Notes: generated from the letters alone by a model not told the origin. DNA of 63,025 nucleotides, filler included, from Lenisia limosa (GCA_001655205.1; 11 parts of 11 records of this genome joined end to end with filler, not necessarily neighbours in it), one strand, 5' to 3'; shown: positions 45,001 through 57,107, counted from the first letter of the whole stretch. Numbers and translations: made by a program.

Positions 45001-46675
45001 GGCAGCCATCTTCATACATTCCATGCATTCTCACCTGCCCAAGGCCACGCGCATCTGCGCTTCCAATACCTTGACATGGAGTCAAAATCGAAGCTCAATC
45101 ACGATGAAGTGCTTGCTTTGAGGTGAGCATAGGTGCTGCCCCTTACAACCTTCTCTACATTCCACCTGCCCATATCTCACGCGGTGCTGNNNNNNNNNNN
45201 NNNNNNNNNNNNNNNNNNNNNNNNNNNNNNNNNNNNNNNNNNNNNNNNNNNNNNNNNNNNNNNNNNNNNNNNNNNNNNNNNNNNNNNNNNNNNNNNNNNN
45301 NNNNNNNNNNNNNNNNTTCATAAATTTTCCCATTTTACCACCCTCCCCCCAGCCCAACGTCGAGTCTCCAGTGGTTCGGCTTCACGAGTGAGGGCATGCC
45401 TGCATCTTACGACAGTGCCGGCGTGGTCAGGGTTGCTACTAAGTGGGTCATATGGTCACGCACAGACGTTATATACAATGTATGGGTCGTATGATTCCGT
45501 GTTAGAATCAAACATAAGGACATATACAGTTTCAGGGCATAGCGATTGAGATTTACATATCGTTTTCAAAGATCCTCTCTCGAAAGAACGCTAACATAGC
45601 AGGGACTTTGGCTGGACATGGACCCCTGTTGGTGACCTCAGCTCCACCCTCTCTTCGGTGGTGGATAAGTACTATGTGGGCTGACAGGCACCTTTATCAA
45701 ATCCCAGTCACATGATATGCACCACTTTTCCCTGTTAACAAATCATCTTATGCTTCCCCCTCCCCCCAGATTGTCAGCGTCTCCTTGGAGAAGGGCGTGA
45801 AGGCCGTGTACTGTAAGGGCGGCCGTGCTCCTCCCGTCTTGCCTAAGCCCTCCCCATGTAGGCTCGGAGCAGAATCGTCTTGTCTTCGGTCCATGCAATT
45901 ATGATATTTGGTCTTCGTCCCCCTTATTAACACGACAGCAACATTTGAACTCTCGCCCCCCGTGATCCAAACGGCAAGTGCCCAGGACGAGGCGAAGTTG
46001 CTCATTTTAGAGACCGTAACATCACACTGCGAACACCTCAGAGACGAGGAAACTGAAAATGGCGACAAGCTCGTAGGGAGAGGGGGGGGGCAATATGCAT
46101 GATAATATTCCCTGACTGTGAGGTCTTGACCAATTTTTCAGAGGTCAAGCCTTATTACTGTCACTCTATCATAAAGTACTATGTATATTAGGGGGAGAAA
46201 GAATAAGATGGAGACAGTAACACCTATCTTGTTCTTGAGCAGCTGTATCTCTGCCTGACAAATAACAGTAATCTGATACTATAGTGGGAGGCCTCCTCCG
46301 TCGCAGCCGATATGGCCAGGGTTCGTCTCTTCGCTGCTGCATGCCAGGTGGGGAGGAGCTAAATGTCAAAATGATGATTATGATAGTGCGCATTTTTGAC
46401 GTATCAGGATGACAAGGGTGTCAAGGCTGTTGACTTGGCTCAGGGTCTCCACCACTCTCGGTTGGGGCTATGCGACGATAATGATAACACTCGCCTTCTA
46501 TCGCTTCAATCAGCGTTTCTCATTTCCTGTCTTCATATGATCATTTGGGTTAATTAGGAGTATTCATTACATACCTTTTCACCCTCCCCTCCCCAGGTCC
46601 ATTGAAGGATGCGCCAACATTGCAAGACAAACAGGGCGTGCACAAGTGGCCGACAGGATTGACATGCTTGCTGAT
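39039..46675 (+). CDS. WDHD1: WDHD1/AND-1/Ctf4 replisome hub (WD40 + SepB), 3'-truncated by spacer
   Basis: WD40 exons (IHSDSIVKVAFSRDG; ASSDVSGTCHLVDV), acidic linker, then SepB motifs AFMPSST...RRYLEWNHIG...VEATFHD, SDWNIQLPRGE...GWLAAATN, GGVQTAIVSLPGVPVSIAGHG, LQWFGFTSEGMPASYDSAG, RVRLFAAAC. Confidence 0.9.
39995..40140. repeat. Minisatellite, 5 units of ~29 bp (aaggccaggctgtggatacctgttattct)
   Basis: Units start near 39995, 40024, 40053, 40082 and 40110; no unique spacers; intronic in WDHD1. Confidence 0.95.
45317..45352 (+). mobile_element. Family A 3' end forming an acceptor in WDHD1
   Basis: ttcataaattttcccattttaccaccctccccccAG directly before exon PTSSLQWFGF; 5' part lost in gap. 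Confidence 0.7.
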
Positions 46676-47299
46676 GTGCGCGGCTGCTTTTGTTGCTTCC
46701 TTCGTATTGAGATTCTCATGATTTTTTTATTTCTCTTTTTAACGGTTTAAACTTACCTTTCGCCTGGGTTGGTTCCCACAAAAGACTTACCTTCTTTACA
46801 ATACCCATTCGGTGCTGCAGAAGCNNNNNNNNNNNNNNNNNNNNNNNNNNNNNNNNNNNNNNNNNNNNTTAATTAATTAANNNNNNNNNNNNNNNNNNNN
46901 NNNNNNNNNNNNNNNNNNNNNNNNGGGTTTGCTATCGTTCGAGACACAAGCTGTCGAATGAGCGGAGTTAACATTGCTGATCGCTTGTGCAACGAGGAAT
47001 CGATTAATTCACCAATGTGAGGGATATAAATATAAGCTAGTTTATTTCCCCTAGGTTTGTGTGGTTTTTTGGTAGTTCAGTGGGCAGCAATCAAGAAATA
47101 AAGAAATATATAATAAACAACAATAACGAGAAATGATTGATTTTGTTTTGGAGAGATGTTTAGTTAAAATAACCAAAAGACCAGTGTTTTTCAGTGTTTT
47201 TCAGGTTGTCACTTTGTTATTTTGTTAATTTCATTTTTTAATATAACTATTAAGTGCACATTAAGTGACTGGGGGCAATTGAAAATTCGCCGCTCTTAC

Positions 47300-47712
47300 A
47301 ATGGTAGGCCCCTACTCGTCTTCTCGTGCTTTCAATAGACGTAACAAGCGTATAATACACGTACTAGTTGCTTCCGATGATTTTGAGTCGACTTCCTCCT
47401 CCCCTCCTTCCTGTTCTAAGGACTTGCCTTTTCGTCTACTCTCTTTCACCCTCTGTCATTGTTAATCCGAAAGCTCATAGTGTGTTTTTCGCAGCACAAT
47501 CATGCTTCCTTCGCTTTTGATCTAGTAAAACCGTCTGTCATATCCCTTCATCATCATAATGGTCTTTTGACATTAATGTTCTTCAGTCACCACTCCCATC
47601 ATCACAAGACGATGACGCAAGTTGGGAGCCTGTCGTATGTGAGTCTGTGCCAACTACAAACGGATACGTTTCGCATTTTGATGACGAAGCTATTGAGCCT
47701 GCAGTGAACGAG
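47300..47712 (+). CDS. 5' fragment of an unidentified gene between spacers
   Basis: Exon SPLPSSQDDDASWEPVVCESVPTTNGYVSHFDDEAIEPAVNE followed by GTAGG donor. Confidence 0.4.
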
Positions 47713-47811
47713 GTAGGGGGATATGAGGGGTGAGTCGGGATTTTTCATGTTTATATCACTTTTTTGGGCGAACTGCCATATTCCGCGTGGTATGAAAATA
47801 CAACCTCATAT

Positions 47812-47930
47812 CCACCCGTATGCTTTGACCGACAAGTCTCAATGACACTCTGATACACTCGGGATGAACCCTCGGTTACCTTCGTTCATCATTTCCACTC
47901 GAAAATCGGCCATATGATCATATCACTAGT
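47812..47930 (-). mobile_element. Family E copy
   Basis: Reverse complement of the 8175-8372 core. Confidence 0.8.
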
Positions 47931-48215
47931 AGTGTGTATGAGATAAATTTGAAGATGTGCACCTCTTTTCCACTTTGAACAAGCTATTTTTATAGCTTAT
48001 ATTCGAATTATCACAAATATAGAACCAATCTATACCTACTTATATCTATCGTAAGGCAATGATTGAGTGATTACTACTAGTTTATTACTTTATTATTATT
48101 ATTATTTATTATTATNNNNNNNNNNNNNNNNNNNNNNNNNNNNNNNNNNNNNNNNNNNNTTAATTAATTAANNNNNNNNNNNNNNNNNNNNNNNNNNNNN
48201 NNNNNNNNNNNNNNN

Positions 48216-50405
48216 CATTCTGACCGAGCCGTCAGCGCCGACAGAGGCGAACACATCCGTGCCTCGCGCAAACCCGATGTCGTATACCTCCTTGTCATGC
48301 GCAATAAGCTGTGTTTTGGCCTGTCCGGTCTGGGGTGGGGGATGGGGGTAAATGGAAAAAACATAATACAAAGGCCCAAATCAACGCTGTTGGCTACCAA
48401 ACAAACAAAGCATAGGCCAGTTACTTCTGCGGGATGGCATCCCATCGGGGTAACACACACAAACAATCCATATCAACTCTGTTGGCAAGCATTTGGGTAA
48501 CACAGAAGGGTAAAACACAACCGTAAAACGGAAGAAATTTGGATGAAGAATATTGGCGTAAAGATACTAACCGAATAATCTGAAACACCAAACAAACATA
48601 AAACAAAAAACAAGATAAAAAACATGAGCAATAGACAAAAACCAGATGACAAAAACACAAAAACAAAGCCTAAACCAGCCTTTGAAGGCTGATTAAGCAC
48701 AAAAGAGAGAAGGAGAATATGAAGCACTAAATCGTTTCCCAATATTCTATTTATTTAACACTGAACACGATAAGCCCTGGTACGATTGACTAAAGAAAAA
48801 GCTCAATATCCGTGTCAGGACTTATCGCGGTCAGTGGTTATTATTCTCTCAAAACCGACCTCCACATTCCAGATGGTGCATGTTGTGTCAATAGAAGAGG
48901 TTCCGATGATGTTGGGGTCGGCCTCATTCCAATCAAAGGAAGTCAGAGGAGCACAGAATTCTGAGTTTTTGTTCTGAAAGGGGGGAGGGAGAGTAAAATT
49001 GGAAATTTTATTAAACAAAAAGCCCAAATCAACTCTACTGGATCAACTCTACTGGCTGACAACACACAAGAAAGGAAATTTCGATGAAGAATATTGGCAT
49101 AAAGGTGCACAACAAACGTGGGGTGAGTGTTGCATAAAAAAAGTAGTCACCCAAAAGAATTCGATACAAAAAAAGAAGCTAACTTACAATAATACGCCCA
49201 CACAAGTTAGTTTCAATAGAGACTTTATCTCTCTGATTCTAGTTTCAATAGAGACTTTATCTCTCTGATTTTAGTCTCAATAGAGACTGTATCTCTATGA
49301 TTCTAGTTTTTTTTAATAGAGACTTTATCTCTATGATTTCTAGTTTCAATAGAGACTTTATCTCTATGATTTCTAGTTTCAATAGAGAGACTTTATCTTT
49401 ATGATCCAATTTTCAATACAAACTTGATCTTTATGCATTTTCAATAGAGACTTTACTGCAATAAAACCAACTAACATTGTTCAATAACGTCCGCAGTGAA
49501 ACGTTGTCGTCATTCACCTGCCAAATCCTCATATAATCACCGGTAGTGGCCAAGAGGTCCGGGTACGATTTGGCCTGTTCGGGGTAACGACGAGGAGAAA
49601 ATAAAAAAAACAGGTGGGGCCTATACAATAAAAAAAAAATACCCAAAAACAGTGATGAATGTTAAAAACAGAGCTTTTGCCTGATGTTAAGTAATAACCT
49701 TGCAGGACCAAAACCTTCCACACCACCACGTTTAATAAGGATATAAACCAGAGAAAAATACATTAACTATTTCTGCAACTCAGAGCACACAGCCTTCTGG
49801 GTGCCTCTCATAATGCATACTGATTAAGTGCTCATCACCCTTCACACATCCTTAACGATACATAAGACCTCAGCTGATTCACCCATACACATCCTTAAAC
49901 ATACATAAGACCTTAGCTGATTCACCCATCATCTGTCCAGACGACCGTTTCTCATTTATGACAAAAAAAAATGGTATTAATCAATAAAATCTCCAAAGAT
50001 CAACCCCTAATATCCCCTCCCTTCATATAGAAGGCAGAATTATGATCAGGCTTCGGGTGTATATTGGGGCATACCTTGTGTGAAGGAAGCCATTTGACTT
50101 TGGTTGCGGGATAGGGGTGGTCAAAAGATCCTAAAGTCACGATTAGCAATACAGAGAAGCCAGGAGAGGCCAACCTTTCGAGACAAACTCTCCTTTCTCT
50201 TCGTCAAGTTCAATGATCTCCACCTTGTTTTTGTATTCTTCCATAAACGATCCAATCGCAAGCCTAAAGAGAGTAATGCGACCCAGACCCGAAGAACCCA
50301 GTACCTATATTTCTTTTCTTCTCTGGCACTCCAGTCGAGGCCATAAACCAGCCATGGTGCCGTGTGACTATAAACCTCTTTCTTCCGTACGTCAGAATCC
50401 CCCAT
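48216..50405 (-). CDS. DCAF7: DCAF7/WDR68 (TTG1/AN11-like WD40 protein), 3'-truncated
   Basis: [119 protein letters not shown]. Confidence 0.96.
48330..48432 (-). mobile_element. Family A element forming an acceptor in DCAF7
   Basis: gcagaagtaactggcctatgctttgtttg...gccaacagcgttgatttgggc...ccccaccccAG before TGQAKTQL. Confidence 0.8.
48974..49068 (-). mobile_element. Family A element forming a second acceptor in DCAF7
   Basis: tgtgttgtcagccagtagagttgat...ttccaattttactctccctcccccccttcAG before NKNSEFCAP. Confidence 0.85.
49207..49456. repeat. Minisatellite, about 8 units of ~31 bp (tagtttcaatagagactttatctctatgattc)
   Basis: Direct repeats in a DCAF7 intron; each unit holds the inverted pair ATAGAGA/TCTCTAT. 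Confidence 0.95.
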
Positions 50406-50842
50406 TCTCAACTAAAAAGAGAGAAACACAAAAAGGCGGGGTTGCTACAAAAATCTAACCCTTCTTCAAATCAAAATATTCCTAAAATAAATAATCCTAT
50501 AATTAATAAATAATCCTATAATCCAATTAAAACCAAATACCTACAATCCTTGATAGTCTTATTTTTTTCCTGGGGGTAGAGGGATTCACTATTGGATCTC
50601 ATGCCACTATTCTTCTGTTAGCCTTGTTGTATCGGTGTGTGCATGATTGCTTGCTGCTGCTTGTAAAGGAGGGCTCTAACATTCACTCATTTCTGTCTTC
50701 GCTCCAGACTAGGAAATATTGACTATTCCTCCTAGCTTCAGCTGTCAAACCTAAAGTCGCAATCGAGTCGTTTATTTGAGTTTCGTTAAGGTAATTAGGA
50801 GGAGTGATATCTTTGCTGAGTTTCAGTAGCGAAATGAGCATC

Positions 50843-50931
50843 TAGAGAGCTTCACTTCAGTTCCAAAAAAGACTGAAATCTCGATAAATCCTCGATACTT
50901 TACACGTGTTTCGGAGCCAAAAGTGAAGCTC
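50843..50931. mobile_element. Family D MITE
   Basis: gagcttcacttcagttcc...aaagtgaagctc inverted termini with shared ctcgataaatcctcga core. Confidence 0.8.
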
Positions 50932-50985
50932 AAGTATATACAGTATATTCTACGAAGCGTATATATTCTATTTTACTATATTATA

Positions 50986-51066
50986 CAGTGACCGAGATAA
51001 GTCTTGGCCGATTTGCTATGTGATAACCCGTGGAAGAAGATAGATCAAGACTAATCCCTGTCACTG
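50986..51066. mobile_element. Family C Tc1/mariner-type MITE with TA target duplication
   Basis: TA|CAGTGAC...GTCACTG|TA. Confidence 0.9.
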
Positions 51067-51444
51067 TATATTCCTCCTAGCTTTGGCTTATCTGTCTTCA
51101 GCTTGGACTAAAGAGGCTTTGGCAATGACTGCCTCTGTTGCTCTCTCTCTTGCAAATGCAAGAATCCAACGCCTGTCGTGGAAATGAATGGTTGACAGTG
51201 GAGTGGCCTATCCCAAATTTACAAAGCCTGAAGCTTCATGTGAAACCTCTAGAGGTAGTATTTGGCCAATATTAATGGTAAAAGAGGAGTCTTTTTTAGA
51301 TTCACAATATTTCACTATTTGTCTGAAATTATTTCGTTTTATGATGTATATAAGACTTTAACAGCGAACGGGCTACTTAGTACTCTCATAACACCGAACG
51401 GGTTACCTATTGCAATCCCCTCAATAGAACTCTTCATTGATGTA

Positions 51445-51522
51445 CAATGACAGGGATAAGTCTTGACCAATTTTTCTTGGAAAATCAGAGAGCAAATTGG
51501 TGAAGACTTATTCAGGTCACTG
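51445..51522. mobile_element. Family C MITE
   Basis: TA|CAATGACAGGGATAAGTCTTGACC...GGTGAAGACTTATTCAGGTCACTG|TA. Confidence 0.85.
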
Positions 51523-52719
51523 TATGTATTGTTATTTGATATGTAACACCAAGTTATTTGGGTATCTGGCCGAAGCACACCGATATTGGATTATTGTATA
51601 ATATTAATCACCCAAACATTTGCCTTACAACTCTGTGAACACAGCTTTCTGCGTGCCTCCCCAGCATAATAGTATTGTATTGTGGATTGACTAAATCTTA
51701 TGATTGAATAAATATTATGAAACAGTTTGGTGATAACTAGAAACAAAATTTTGTATTATGATGAATAAAAATAAATTCTTATTTCTGTAATCTTCCATAT
51801 TTCTTTGGAGCTCATGATTGTTGAATTTTACTACCATGATGAATTGGACAGCTTTTGTCCTGATACTACTAGTTTGAAAGCCACATGCTACTAATTGATG
51901 TTACTTTCCAATATATTTATATTATATATTTCAGAACCGCCAGGCAAACAACTACTGCACACATGATTCACGTGTATGAGTTCCCTTCTCGATTCGACTT
52001 TTATTTTTGAAGGTTCCATTTTGAAGGACAATATTCGGTACAATCTATCCCCCAAAGTATTGTACGTGAAATAATCAAAAGTGTTCTTTATGATACTCTT
52101 TAGATGTCAATGGGTGCGCTTCGTATTTTGAAAGCCGAATTCGGTGCATACAACAAAGAACGTGAACTCTCTGTCCAACAAGCCCGGGGCCAAAATTGAC
52201 AGATTGATCCGCTGAGAGGAGTGTTGCATTAAACTGCTCCATCTAGGAGCATCGACTTGGGTCTCTTGTGAGAACTGTGGAATTCCCATATTTTCATTGG
52301 AAATCCCGAATTTTGGAAATTTGAAGAAATTTATGGGATTCCCAGTACAAGGGAATCCCAAGTAGATGCACCGTGTGGGCATTCCCGATGGAAGCGGATT
52401 GTCGTTATTTGTCTCAGCCTTCTTTGCAACTGTCAACCCGCAGGCCACCAGTGATGTTTCTTGCTTGATGTTTCATTCATCATGTTTGTTTGTTTGTTTC
52501 ATGTTGCATGTTTCATGTTGTAGCGAAAGCGATATAGTATGTTCCTCCTTCAGAAAACGTATCATATTTAGATCGTTGTGAAATAAGAGTTAAATTTCAA
52601 ACACAATCCAAAGAAGAGCTGCTGTAAAAACATAAGATATATTAAACAAAATCATGACAAAATTAAAATTAACACTGATTTAAACAAAAAGATGAGACAT
52701 TAAATTGGGTACCTTTTTA

Positions 52720-54365
52720 GAAGTCAAACTCTTCATCATCGCTCCACCTGAGGGTTTGAGCCTTGTGATATACTACAATAGTTGCAGTTTTTCGATTGGG
52801 TGAATCAGTATCATATATGTACTATAATCCAATATCTCTATTAGCGTGATGGTGACGGCTCTGCTTGTTTTATTTAGGGCTTCACTTTGGTTCGCACTGA
52901 ATTACTCGATATATCCCCAAAAACTACCGATATTTTACAGTCTTTTTCAAAAAAAAGAAAGAAAAGAAAAAGAACCCTCCCCCCACTGGTCTGCTAGGGT
53001 TGCTGATGCCACCACATTATCCTTCATTTTGGGGGCTGCAAATCGAATAGCATCCGGCCTGGTGTCAGTTATTAAAAGAATAAAGTGTTGATAATATGTG
53101 ATAAAGCACCAACGAATTGTAAAAACGTATTAATAATGTAGAAGAAGCACAAACTGATGCCCCTCCTTGGTATTACCAACTTTTTTGCTTGTGGCTTGGA
53201 GTCGGATGAGGAATCTGATGATATTCGCAGAGCTGATTTTTTCGGCTGGGGAGATTCATCCTCCTAAAAAGTTAACTGTATTTAGTTTCTACATAATTAT
53301 CCTCTGAAAGTTAACTGGGTTTTGTAGATAAAATAATTATCCTCAAAAACTTGCTACTATGTTTAGTTAAAGAAATATATGTTTCTCGGGTGTGTATATC
53401 AATAAGTCAAAGTATATCATAGTAATATATCAGATGCATATGATATGATGAACAATAGTGATTATACGCGCAAATATTTCAAGAAAGGCATACCGGAACA
53501 GAAGGCGACATTTTCAATGAAGACTTTTTAGGCTGTGGGGAGTCTTCAGCCTGAAGAGGTAAAAAATCTCAGAAAGCTGTTTGCACAGAGGTGTAAGGCA
53601 AATGATTGGGTGAATTAATATTACATATCATACGCATCATATACTATAGTCTATCTCTGATCAATACTTGGAATTATATCATATACTATATGTTTATTCA
53701 CTTGTAATATACTCATATAACCGAGTTTTAAGTCGAAATGATGAACGAAGATAACACGAGGCTTCATTCCGCATGTATCAGAGTTCCTTGAGACTTGTCG
53801 GTCAATTATCATACGAGTGAATAGGAGGTATCATTTTCAAGTAAGACAGTATATAGTATCCTTTTCAACAAAGACAGCAAACCGGCACTGAAGCTGGCAT
53901 TTTCAATGAAGACTTTTTTGGCTGTGGGGAGTCGTCAGTCTGAAGAGGTGAAAGATATGTATACAGTGACCAGGAAAAGACTTAACCGATTTGCTCTATG
54001 ATTTACCAAGGAAAATCGGTTAAGGCTTCCCATATCCCGAAAAATTCTCGATAACTATCGATAATACAACGGTGTTTATCGGACCGCAAAGAATCCCTAA
54101 CTATAATCCAATATCTTTGATGATGTGGAAGGCTTCGGCCAGAGACTCCCTTTTATTCCCTACTACCATTTATTCCTCATCCCTTGTGAAAAAGACCGTA
54201 AATATCGATAGTTTTCGAGGATTTATCGATAAATTCAGTCTTTTTTCGAATCGATGTGAAGCCCTCCCTTACTGCAGAAGGCGATTTCAAGGCAGATTTC
54301 AAGGGCTGGGGGGAATCAGCGGGAGAGTCTCCCAAACTCGGGCTTTTTAATACGGACTTCTGGGG
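52720..54365 (-). CDS. Fragment of a low-complexity protein with repeated DSPQPKKSxLK exons
   Basis: Phase-0 exons PQKSVLK...DSPQPLKSALK (about 54279-54365), TDDSPQPKKSSLKMPASVP (53883-53939), AEDSPQPKKSSLKMSPSVP (53494-53550), EDESPQPKKSALR (about 53180-53263); 3' end not resolved. Confidence 0.7.
53714..53833 (+). mobile_element. Family E copy
   Basis: Matches 8205-8330 and 58262-58380. Confidence 0.8.
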
Positions 54366-54649
54366 CTGCGGAGAGTAAGCGGGGAGTGAGCGGAGGGGGG
54401 GTGCACAATTTATGAAACAAAAACGCCCAAAATCAACTCTGTTGGCTTGTTTGGAAACAAAAGTGAGAACAAAACTACGATATAATACAAAGTATCAAAC
54501 ANNNNNNNNNNNNNNNNNNNNNNNNNNNNNNNNNNNNNNNNNNNNTTAATTAATTAANNNNNNNNNNNNNNNNNNNNNNNNNNNNNNNNNNNNNNNNNNN
54601 NGGGGGGTTGGTACATATGCACCTTAAGCCTAATCTGCGAAATAACAAG

Positions 54650-57107
54650 CCATGAACCTTTCAATAAGGTCCGGAGGTCCGCAGCTCGTCTCAGACTTCG
54701 ATCCAACTGATCTACGGCGTGCACGTATTGGACCTAATCAGTGGTTACCTCCATATTCTAAAAATATATGTATAGCAATGAGAAATAAAAAATAAGGCCG
54801 AAGCCGTCCACAGCATCACGCTGATCAACTTTGTGCTTCCCAGTAGGTTCACTTCAGTTCAAAAAAAACACTGAATTTCTCGATAAATCCTCGAAAACTA
54901 TCGATATTTCACCGATCGTTTTCGGACCGAAGTGAAGCCCTGCCCAATCCTTCCCCAGCCGCACCTGTTTTTCCGCCAATTGCTCCTTAGCCAGCTCCAG
55001 ATCGTCATATAGCGTTGCCGCTTGTAAACGCCTGGTTCCATCACCCTGTGATACCACTGTCGTCATGTCCGTATTGAGGCTTGAAACCTTGGCTTGGAGT
55101 TGTTGCATTTCTGCCGTGTGAGATATAATGGTATCCCTATGTATTTATTTGTTTCCCCTAGATTTCTAATGGAAAAGCTATATATCATATGATATATCAT
55201 ATATTATTCCTCTTTTTCAAAAAAGATATTTAGGGGTGGGGAGTTGATTAAGTTTTCTTTATTAATTTCATAAACTCCCTATATTCACCACACACACACA
55301 CACATCAATATCCCCCCAGACCGGACTGAATTGCGCCGGCGCGATCCTTGACGTCGCCGGCCTCGACCATTGTCGTCTCAAGCTCGCGAGCTACGTCCGT
55401 CCTGGGGGTAAATGGATAAGTATATTTTATATTTTTTTGATATGTGGGTCCTCAAAAGCTCCGGATACATCAAAACTCCCGGACAGCTTGAAGTTGACCT
55501 CTTGCATGGGTCAACGGTAGTGTTTAATACAAAACTGTTTCGACAGATATATAGAGAAAATGAACTCTTCATGTTCCCCAACTTATTTTTTTAATTTTGA
55601 GCAAGTGTCAAAAATCCGTGGATTTGATCTCCCGGGGGTGGCCCCTTTTGCCTTTTCACGGGATTTTTTTCAAAATCTATCCCTCGTTTAGTGTTAAGAA
55701 ACAAAAATTTGTACCCCTCGGAGTAATTGGTTATGGATTCCCTCTAGCTTTGGCTATGTAATGGTGAATTTGAGAGAAAATGTTCATAATAGGGCTTTCT
55801 ACAAGGTCAAACTTTCCCAGATAGTTTCCATTTATTCCTTGAATGTAGCCGATTACGGTTTTGGTTGTTTGTGGCAGTTTAAGGGCCGCAAACGGGTAAC
55901 CAAGTGAAATTTGGGTTTGAGCCAAGAATATGTAAAATTTTGCATTCTATCCTGTGATTATGACTGAAATTACTTTAGAAAATAACGAGGAAATGAGTAC
56001 TTTTATAGGGAAAATTCAAGCCGTCCGGGGTTCTGATGTGTCCGAAGATTTTGAATGATGTCCGGAGCTTTGACTATAGATATATCATATTATATATTTT
56101 ATGGGGAGCCCTTCCCCGTTTCAGATAACTCTGTCCTGGGACTGTCCATCAATATTCTTCATCGATATTTCCTTTATTTTACCCTGCCCCCATATGCACA
56201 AACTACTCCCCAAAAACTATAAAATATAATACTTGTATAGTATATCATACGTCGATATATGCTACATATACAGTGACCGGGATAAACCTTGACCTATTTT
56301 CCTTGGGAATCACATAGCAAATCGGTGAAGACGTCTCCGGTCACTGTAACAATATATAGCTAGATACAAATCATATACATTATATACTATATATCGATAT
56401 ACTACTATATATACTATTAACAAATATATTATATTTTGTAGTAAATATGTAATGTAGTATATGATATATCAGTACCCCCCCCCCCCCNNNNNNNNNNNNN
56501 NNNNNNNNNNNNNNNNNNNNNNNNNNNNNNNNNNNNNNNNNNNNNNNNNNNNNNNNNNNNNNNNNNNNNNNNNNNNNNNNNNNNNNNNNNNAGGAATGAC
56601 AAATAGTGTGTGAGGGAGGAAATGCAATATGGGAAAAGAAAAATGGAGAGGGAATGAGAAATGGGCAAAAAAAATGAGAAATGAAAGAGGCGAGGCAGAT
56701 TTCTTGACCAATTGAGAGTACCTTTTTCTTCAAGCCTCTTTAACTCCTGACACTTCTGGTCATTTTCAGGCCCGAAATCCTAGGATTGTAAAACTAAATT
56801 CTTTAAGATGTCATGTAGGTGGTTTCACTTCTGTCTGAATTTATCGATAAATCCTCGAAAACTATCGATATTTTATCGGTCACTTTTTCAGACCAGAGTA
56901 AAGCCCTTGGCCAAAGTTTGCACCTCGTAGCATTTGTTTGCAGTAAAGTCTCTATTGAAACTATCATAAAGATCCGGCGGTTAACTGTATACAAAGATGA
57001 CACACGCAGCATTGCAAACCTTTTCGATCATTCGGAAGTTCCTCTCCAGCTCCAAGGCCTGGAGTAGGCCTGATGTGGAGGCTAGCTGCTGGGTTTGGCT
57101 TGAGAGC
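54650..57107 (-). CDS. Coiled-coil protein fragment between spacers
   Basis: Exons LLQALELERNFRMIEK, DFGPENDQKCQELKRLEEK, TDVARELETTMVEAG, MQQLQAKVSSLNTD...DLELAKEQLAEKQ, VQYVHAVDQLDRSLRR; heptad-like composition. Confidence 0.65.
54844..54942. mobile_element. Family D MITE
   Basis: taggttcacttcagttc...ggaccgaagtgaagccctg. Further copies near 52865-52950, 54180-54266, 56816-56910 and 60054-60125. Confidence 0.85.
56271..56346. mobile_element. Family C Tc1/mariner-type MITE with TA target duplication
   Basis: TA|CAGTGACCGG...CCGGTCACTG|TA. Confidence 0.9.

Noticed and set aside
50450-52700. A gene call between DCAF7 and the SPQP-repeat gene
   Set aside because: Some exon-like blocks are present but no consistent strand, frame or homology was found.
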